Assembly (NCBI GenBank): GCA_965248265.1
Contig: CBDFJF010000002.1
Location: forward strand, 3,264,001-3,328,000
DNA from: Candidatus Latescibacterota bacterium
Lineage (GTDB): Bacteria; Latescibacterota; UBA2968; UBA8231
Direction of reading: 5' to 3'
DNA: 64,000 bases
The notes under the pieces were generated by a model that saw only the letters and a program-made list of their open reading frames with translations, was not told the origin of the DNA and did not search any database. Position 1 is the first letter of the stretch; the number at the start of each line of letters is the position of its first letter. The position numbers and the translations under genes are program-made. Of this stretch, positions 59,311 to 64,000 are shown one piece after another.

Positions 59311-60675
59311 ATGACAACCTCGTCTGATCCGATCCTTCAGTGTGCCACGGCAGCCATGTCTGCGGACGATCATCGCATCCTTCGCGATGATGAGTTCTGG
59401 CGATGCATCCCCGCGTATGCAAGTCTGAAGGCAAGCGAGTTCAACGATCACAGGTTCCAGAGTCGCAACTGCGTCACGAGTGTGCGCAAACTCAAGGAGG
59501 TGCTCGGACACCTCGCATCGGACGCCTTTCTGGAAGATGTTGAGCGGGGCGTGCAGCATTCGACGATGAGTCTGCGTATTTCTCCATACATCCTGAGTCT
59601 CATCGACTGGGAAGCTCCGGATGAAGATCCGCTGCGGATTCAGTTCTTGCCGCAGTTCTCGCGCTTCGAGGCGGATCACCCGGAGTTGGGCATGGACTCG
59701 CTCAACGAGCAGGAGGATTCCTCCGTTCCCGGTCTGACCCACCGCTACTCCGATCGCGCCCTGTTCCTCGCTCTCGACTCTTGTCCCGTGTACTGCCGAT
59801 TCTGCACGCGTTCGTACGCCGTGGGGCTCAACACGGATGGCGTCGAGAAACTTCATTTCGGTGTTCACGCGGAGCGTTGGGAGAAGGTGTTCGACTACGT
59901 CGCCGAACATGAAGAAATCGAAGATATCGTGATCAGCGGTGGCGACATGTACAACCTAAAGCCAGAGCACATTGAGTTGATCGGCATGAGGTTTCTGCGC
60001 ATGGATCACGTTCGCCGGCTTCGCTATGCCACCAAAGGGCCGGCCGTGATGCCACAGAAGCTGATCACCGATGAAGCCTGGCTACAGGCGTTGACGGATG
60101 TTGTGGAAGCCAGCCGGCGTCTTCACAAGGAAGTCGCCGTACATACCCACTTCAACCATCCCAACGAAATCACCGACACAACTCGGCTGGCCATGGACAG
60201 GCTGGTAGAGCGCGGAATCGTGGTGCGCAATCAGGCCGTGCTGCAGCGACGGGTCAATGATACCGTTCAAACCATGCAGTTGTTGATCAAGCGGCTCAGC
60301 TACGTCAACGTGCATCCGTATTACGTTTTCGTTCACGATCTGGTAAAGGGTGTAGAGGAGCTGAGGACGACGCTACACTCGGCGATCGATCTCGAGAAAC
60401 GCGTGCGAGGCATCACTGCCGGTTTCAACATTCCGGCTTTCGTCGTCGATACGATGGGGGGCGGTGGCAAGCGGCTCGTGCATTCATTCGAGCAGTACAA
60501 CCGGGCAACCGGGATTGCCGTTTTCAGCAGCCCCGCGGTGCGTCCTGGCCAGTATTTCCTTTTTTTCGACCCCACACATCAACTGGCGCCCGATGTCAGA
60601 AGGGCTTGGCGTGATCCCTCTCAACGCCAGCGCATGATATCGGAAGCAGTCGAGTGTATGGCGGGGGCGGAGTGA
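59311..60675 (+). CDS. KamA-family radical SAM aminomutase (lysine 2,3-aminomutase-like)
   Basis: DPLRIQF, GLTHRY, CPVYCRFCTR, ISGGD, HFNHPNEI, NQAVL...VND, GGGGK PLP-lysine motif. Confidence 0.85.
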   Translation: MTTSSDPILQCATAAMSADDHRILRDDEFWRCIPAYASLKASEFNDHRFQSRNCVTSVRKLKEVLGHLASDAFLEDVERGVQHSTMSLRISPYILSLIDWEAPDEDPLRIQFLPQFSRFEADHPELGMDSLNEQEDSSVPGLTHRYSDRALFLALDSCPVYCRFCTRSYAVGLNTDGVEKLHFGVHAERWEKVFDYVAEHEEIEDIVISGGDMYNLKPEHIELIGMRFLRMDHVRRLRYATKGPAVMPQKLITDEAWLQALTDVVEASRRLHKEVAVHTHFNHPNEITDTTRLAMDRLVERGIVVRNQAVLQRRVNDTVQTMQLLIKRLSYVNVHPYYVFVHDLVKGVEELRTTLHSAIDLEKRVRGITAGFNIPAFVVDTMGGGGKRLVHSFEQYNRATGIAVFSSPAVRPGQYFLFFDPTHQLAPDVRRAWRDPSQRQRMISEAVECMAGAE

Positions 60676-60792
60676 GTTCGGGCGTGGTTGACAAAGCAAG
60701 GATATATTTGCAGTCGAAGACCCAAGCGGGACATGTACAGGTATAGGGAAGAGTTCAGTTGATTCAATCTGACACAAACTTTGAGGCAACCC

Positions 60793-62499
60793 ATGTTGGA
60801 TTTCACGTTTACGGTTATCCAGGGGTTAGAGGTCTGGTTAGCGGGGCTTTACGGGTTGGCCCTCCTTCTGGTAGGTGCTGGAATCGGATTTTCAGTCAGT
60901 TTTTACTTGAAGAAGGGTCACCAAGCTCAGCTCGAAGCGGACGCTGAAGAACGAGCGGCCAGACGCCTGGCTGAAGAGGAGCGCACCCAACGCGTCGCTT
61001 TTCTGGAAGAGAAGGACCATTGGTACAAGCTCAAGATCGAGCAGGAAAAGGAGATAGAGGGCGAGCTAGGCAAGCTGGGCGCCCGAGACAAGGAAGCCGC
61101 TAAGCGCCATCGGGAGTTGAGTGGCCAACAGGAGGAAGTGCGCAAGGACCTGATTCGCCTGAAGAATCAGGAGGCGCGACTGGCCGCTCGCGAACGGACC
61201 AGCCAGGAAACCGAGGTAGCGCTCGGGGCGGCCAAAGAGCAATACCGCGAGAAGTTGGAGCTGGCGGCCAGCTTGACTGCAGAAGAGGCGAAAGAACACC
61301 TGTTCGAGCTGTTGGCTTCGGAGACGAAAGCCCGCTACGCCGCGATCATCCGGATGGAGCGCACCCGCGCTCAAGAGGAGGCTGATCGTGAGGCCAAGAA
61401 AATCATCGCTCAAGCCATCAATCGCTGTGCGGTCGAAGAGGCAGAGCACTCCTCAACGGCCACGGTAACGCTTCCGAACGAAGGCCTGAAGAGTCGAATC
61501 ATCGGCAAGGAGGGTCGCAACGTTCGGACCTTCGAAGCCGCCACTGGCGTAAGGGTTGTCGTCGACGATACCCCTGACACCGTGCTGCTGTCTTGCTTTG
61601 ACCCCATCAAACGTCAAGTGGCGGCGTTGGCCATGGAGCGGCTCGTCAAGGACGGCGGGTTCACCCCCAATCACATCGAAGATGTGGTCGTAGAGTCGCA
61701 GAAAACCCTCGACAAGGAAATTGAGGAGGCAGGCCGCAAGGCGTTGAACGAAATCGGCGCGAAGGATGTCCACGCGGACCTACCAAAGACGATTGGCCGC
61801 CTGAAGTACCGTACCAGCTACGGGCAGAACCAGCTGCAACACTGCCTTGAGGTCGCGGAGTTGAGCGGTCTAATGGCTACCGAGATCGGACTCGATGCTC
61901 GCCTCGCGCGCAGAGCCGGGCTCCTCCATGATATCGGCAAGACAGTAAGCAGGGAACTGGAGGGCACTCACATTGATCTCGGTGTCGAGATGGCAGACCG
62001 CTTCGGTGAGCATGCCGTAATCAAGGAAGTGATCGCTGAACACCACGAGGATCACGCTCGTCTCGATCCGATCTGTTTCCTCGTCAAGGCAGCGGATTCG
62101 ATTTCGTCGATTCGCCCCGGAGGCAGACGCGAAGACCTGGAAGGGTATGCGCGTCGTATAGTCAAGCTGGAGGAAATTGCCACCTCGTTCGAGGGGGTGA
62201 AGGACGTCTATGCCATCAATGCAGGCAGAGAGCTGCGAGTGATGGTGAGGGGGGACCGCATCGGTGATGACGATGCCGAAATCTTGGCTTTCGATATCGC
62301 CAAGCGTGTCAGCGACGAACTCACCTTTGCCGGTGAGGTTAAGGTCATGGTCGTGCGCGAGACTCGATCCACGCGGTACACCGGAAAATCGAAGAATCGC
62401 AGGGGCGGAAACAACAACACTCGCCCCTCAAATCGACGCGGTTCATCACGCCGTTCGCGCAACGGTGGCGTGCAGAGCAAAACCCCGTCGCGTCGCTGA
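60793..62499 (+). CDS. rny: Ribonuclease Y
   Basis: TM anchor, coiled coil, KH domain RIIGKEGRN, HD domain RTSYGQN...GLLHDIGK, AADSIS..RPG.R, AINAGRELRV. Confidence 0.96.
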   Translation: MLDFTFTVIQGLEVWLAGLYGLALLLVGAGIGFSVSFYLKKGHQAQLEADAEERAARRLAEEERTQRVAFLEEKDHWYKLKIEQEKEIEGELGKLGARDKEAAKRHRELSGQQEEVRKDLIRLKNQEARLAARERTSQETEVALGAAKEQYREKLELAASLTAEEAKEHLFELLASETKARYAAIIRMERTRAQEEADREAKKIIAQAINRCAVEEAEHSSTATVTLPNEGLKSRIIGKEGRNVRTFEAATGVRVVVDDTPDTVLLSCFDPIKRQVAALAMERLVKDGGFTPNHIEDVVVESQKTLDKEIEEAGRKALNEIGAKDVHADLPKTIGRLKYRTSYGQNQLQHCLEVAELSGLMATEIGLDARLARRAGLLHDIGKTVSRELEGTHIDLGVEMADRFGEHAVIKEVIAEHHEDHARLDPICFLVKAADSISSIRPGGRREDLEGYARRIVKLEEIATSFEGVKDVYAINAGRELRVMVRGDRIGDDDAEILAFDIAKRVSDELTFAGEVKVMVVRETRSTRYTGKSKNRRGGNNNTRPSNRRGSSRRSRNGGVQSKTPSRR

Positions 62500-62933
62500 T
62501 GCAACGATCATTGTCCTCGGGTTACCTTCGAAGTCTCATCGGCACGGTGATCCACGTATTCGCTTACGGTTTGCGGCGCAACCGGTCTGTGGTGTTGCCT
62601 CCTGACCGTGGCGGCCAGGCTCTGATCGGCGTGCCACGCTTGACTCGCAATCAGCAGGGCGCCATTCGCTGTGTGGCCTGTTCATTGTGCGAGGCAGCGT
62701 GTCCTTCGCATTGCATCGATCTTGAGGCCGGCTGGAGCAAGGATGGTGGGAGAGATCGAGTGCCCGTTCGTTTCGACCTGGACCTGGGACGCTGCGTTTT
62801 GTGCGGCCACTGTGTCGAGGCCTGTCCGCATGAAGCCATTGAGATGGTTCGGGGGGGAGCCTTGCCCGTCGCCCACGTGGCTGAGCAACTCTTGATCGAC
62901 AAAGAGGCACTGCTGGAGGGCCAACCTTCCTGA
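62499..62933 (+). CDS. NuoI-like 2x[4Fe-4S] protein
   Basis: RCVACSLCEAACP..CI and F.LDLGRCVLCGHCVEACP.EAI; TGATG-coupled to rny. Confidence 0.8.
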   Translation: MQRSLSSGYLRSLIGTVIHVFAYGLRRNRSVVLPPDRGGQALIGVPRLTRNQQGAIRCVACSLCEAACPSHCIDLEAGWSKDGGRDRVPVRFDLDLGRCVLCGHCVEACPHEAIEMVRGGALPVAHVAEQLLIDKEALLEGQPS

Positions 62934-62982
62934 TTGCCCTCAAGATCTCGATGCATAACTCCAAGCATGGCTGTTGACGAAG

Positions 62983-64000
62983 ATGAGTGGGAGAGGACTG
63001 GTCATTCTCGGGTCCACGGGATCCATCGGAGACACGACGTTCAAGATCCTGGACGGCCTGGATGGCTTCGAGTTGCTTGGGCTGTCAGCCGGTCGCCAGG
63101 TGGACAAGCTCATCGAGCGTATCGGAGTCTTTGGACCACAGGTCGTCTGCCTACAGGATGAAGATAGCGCGGCCGAGGTTCGCCGACGGGCACCGGATGT
63201 GCGGGTGTTGGACGGTGCAGAAGGACTATGCGAACTCGTCTGCATGGAGGGTGTCGACTACGTCGTAAACGGTCTGGTTGGAGCGGTCGGGCTGATGCCG
63301 ACGCTGGCCGCTTTGCAGGCAGGTCGCATCGTCTGCATGGCTAACAAGGAACCTCTGGTGATGGCTGGTGGTCCACTTCTGCGCGCCGCCCGCCTTGGGG
63401 GTGGCGAGATTCGCCCTGTGGACAGTGAGCCCAGTGCCATGTGGCAGTGCCTTCAGGGAGAAGGATCACGCGCAATCAGGCGCCTGATTCTGACAGCCTC
63501 AGGGGGCGCCTTCCGCGACCACAGCCTCGAGCAACTGGCGCGCGTGACTCCGACGGAGGCTCTGAACCATCCGACATGGCAGATGGGCGCTAAGATCACC
63601 GTGGATTCTGCCTCCCTGATGAACAAGGGGTTCGAGGTAATCGAGGCCAGCATACTTTTCGGTGTCGACGTGGACCAGGTCGACGTCGTCATCCACAGGG
63701 AGTCGATCGTTCATTCGATGGTCGAATTCACCGATGGTTCGATCCTCGCCCACATGGGCAAAACGGATATGGCCTTGCCCATCCAGTACGCGCTGACCTA
63801 CCCCGACCGGAGGGAGACACCGCTGGCCCCCCTGGATCTCACCTCCTTAGGAGCGCTGCACTTCGCTGAGCCGGATTGGGATGCGTTTCCCGGTCTTCAG
63901 CTGTGTTATGAAGCCGGCCGTCGAGGGGGCATGGCGCCGGCTGCACTCAATGCGGCCAACGAGATTGCGGTTAAGGCGTTCCTGGATGGGATGATCGGCT
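62983..64000 (+). CDS. dxr: 1-deoxy-D-xylulose-5-phosphate reductoisomerase; 3' partial, absent from ORF track
   Basis: MSGRGLVILGSTGSIG, ANKE.LV.AG, PVDSE, LTASGGAF, HPTWQMGAKITVDSA.LMNKGFEVIEA, HSMVEF.DGS, LNAANE.AV.AFL. Confidence 0.96.
   Translation, partial: MSGRGLVILGSTGSIGDTTFKILDGLDGFELLGLSAGRQVDKLIERIGVFGPQVVCLQDEDSAAEVRRRAPDVRVLDGAEGLCELVCMEGVDYVVNGLVGAVGLMPTLAALQAGRIVCMANKEPLVMAGGPLLRAARLGGGEIRPVDSEPSAMWQCLQGEGSRAIRRLILTASGGAFRDHSLEQLARVTPTEALNHPTWQMGAKITVDSASLMNKGFEVIEASILFGVDVDQVDVVIHRESIVHSMVEFTDGSILAHMGKTDMALPIQYALTYPDRRETPLAPLDLTSLGALHFAEPDWDAFPGLQLCYEAGRRGGMAPAALNAANEIAVKAFLDGMIG

Noticed and set aside
60676-60792. 6S RNA upstream of rny
   Set aside because: The gap is only ~117 nt and shows no long rod structure.

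Overview
GC-rich bacterial chromosome segment, probably from an FCB-group lineage outside Bacteroidota such as Latescibacterota. This is an inference from the FG-GAP/FlgD-type C-terminal domain protein, a PorV/PorQ-like barrel, RNase Y and the flagellar genes. Most of the window is housekeeping: groES-groEL, miaB, mtaB, uvrD/pcrA, mltG, tRNA-Thr(CGT), ftsA, ssb, eno, iscU, sodA, rny and dxr (partial). There are two envelope/glycan loci. One is a GDP-heptose-type operon (epimerase, hddC, hddA, gmhA, transaldolase) divergent from SGNH + YfhO + DUF2723 GT-C genes. The other is Wzi + GT2 + radical SAM/SPASM + GT2. Isolated flagellar genes (fliN, fliM, fliS, fapA-like) are scattered across the window, some with sigma28-like promoters. 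Sequence-level oddities: an iscU missed by the ORF track because it apparently starts at CTG; an ~11-aa in-frame gap next to the MltG catalytic Glu; a sigma54 promoter and no CIRCE before groES; a His-tailed GroEL; an orphan ftsA; a Usp-Usp-EIIA fusion; and an unannotated 645-aa membrane-anchored repeat protein paired with an outer-membrane barrel. I saw no CRISPR array, rRNA, integrase or transposase. All family calls come from motif recognition by eye, not database searches.
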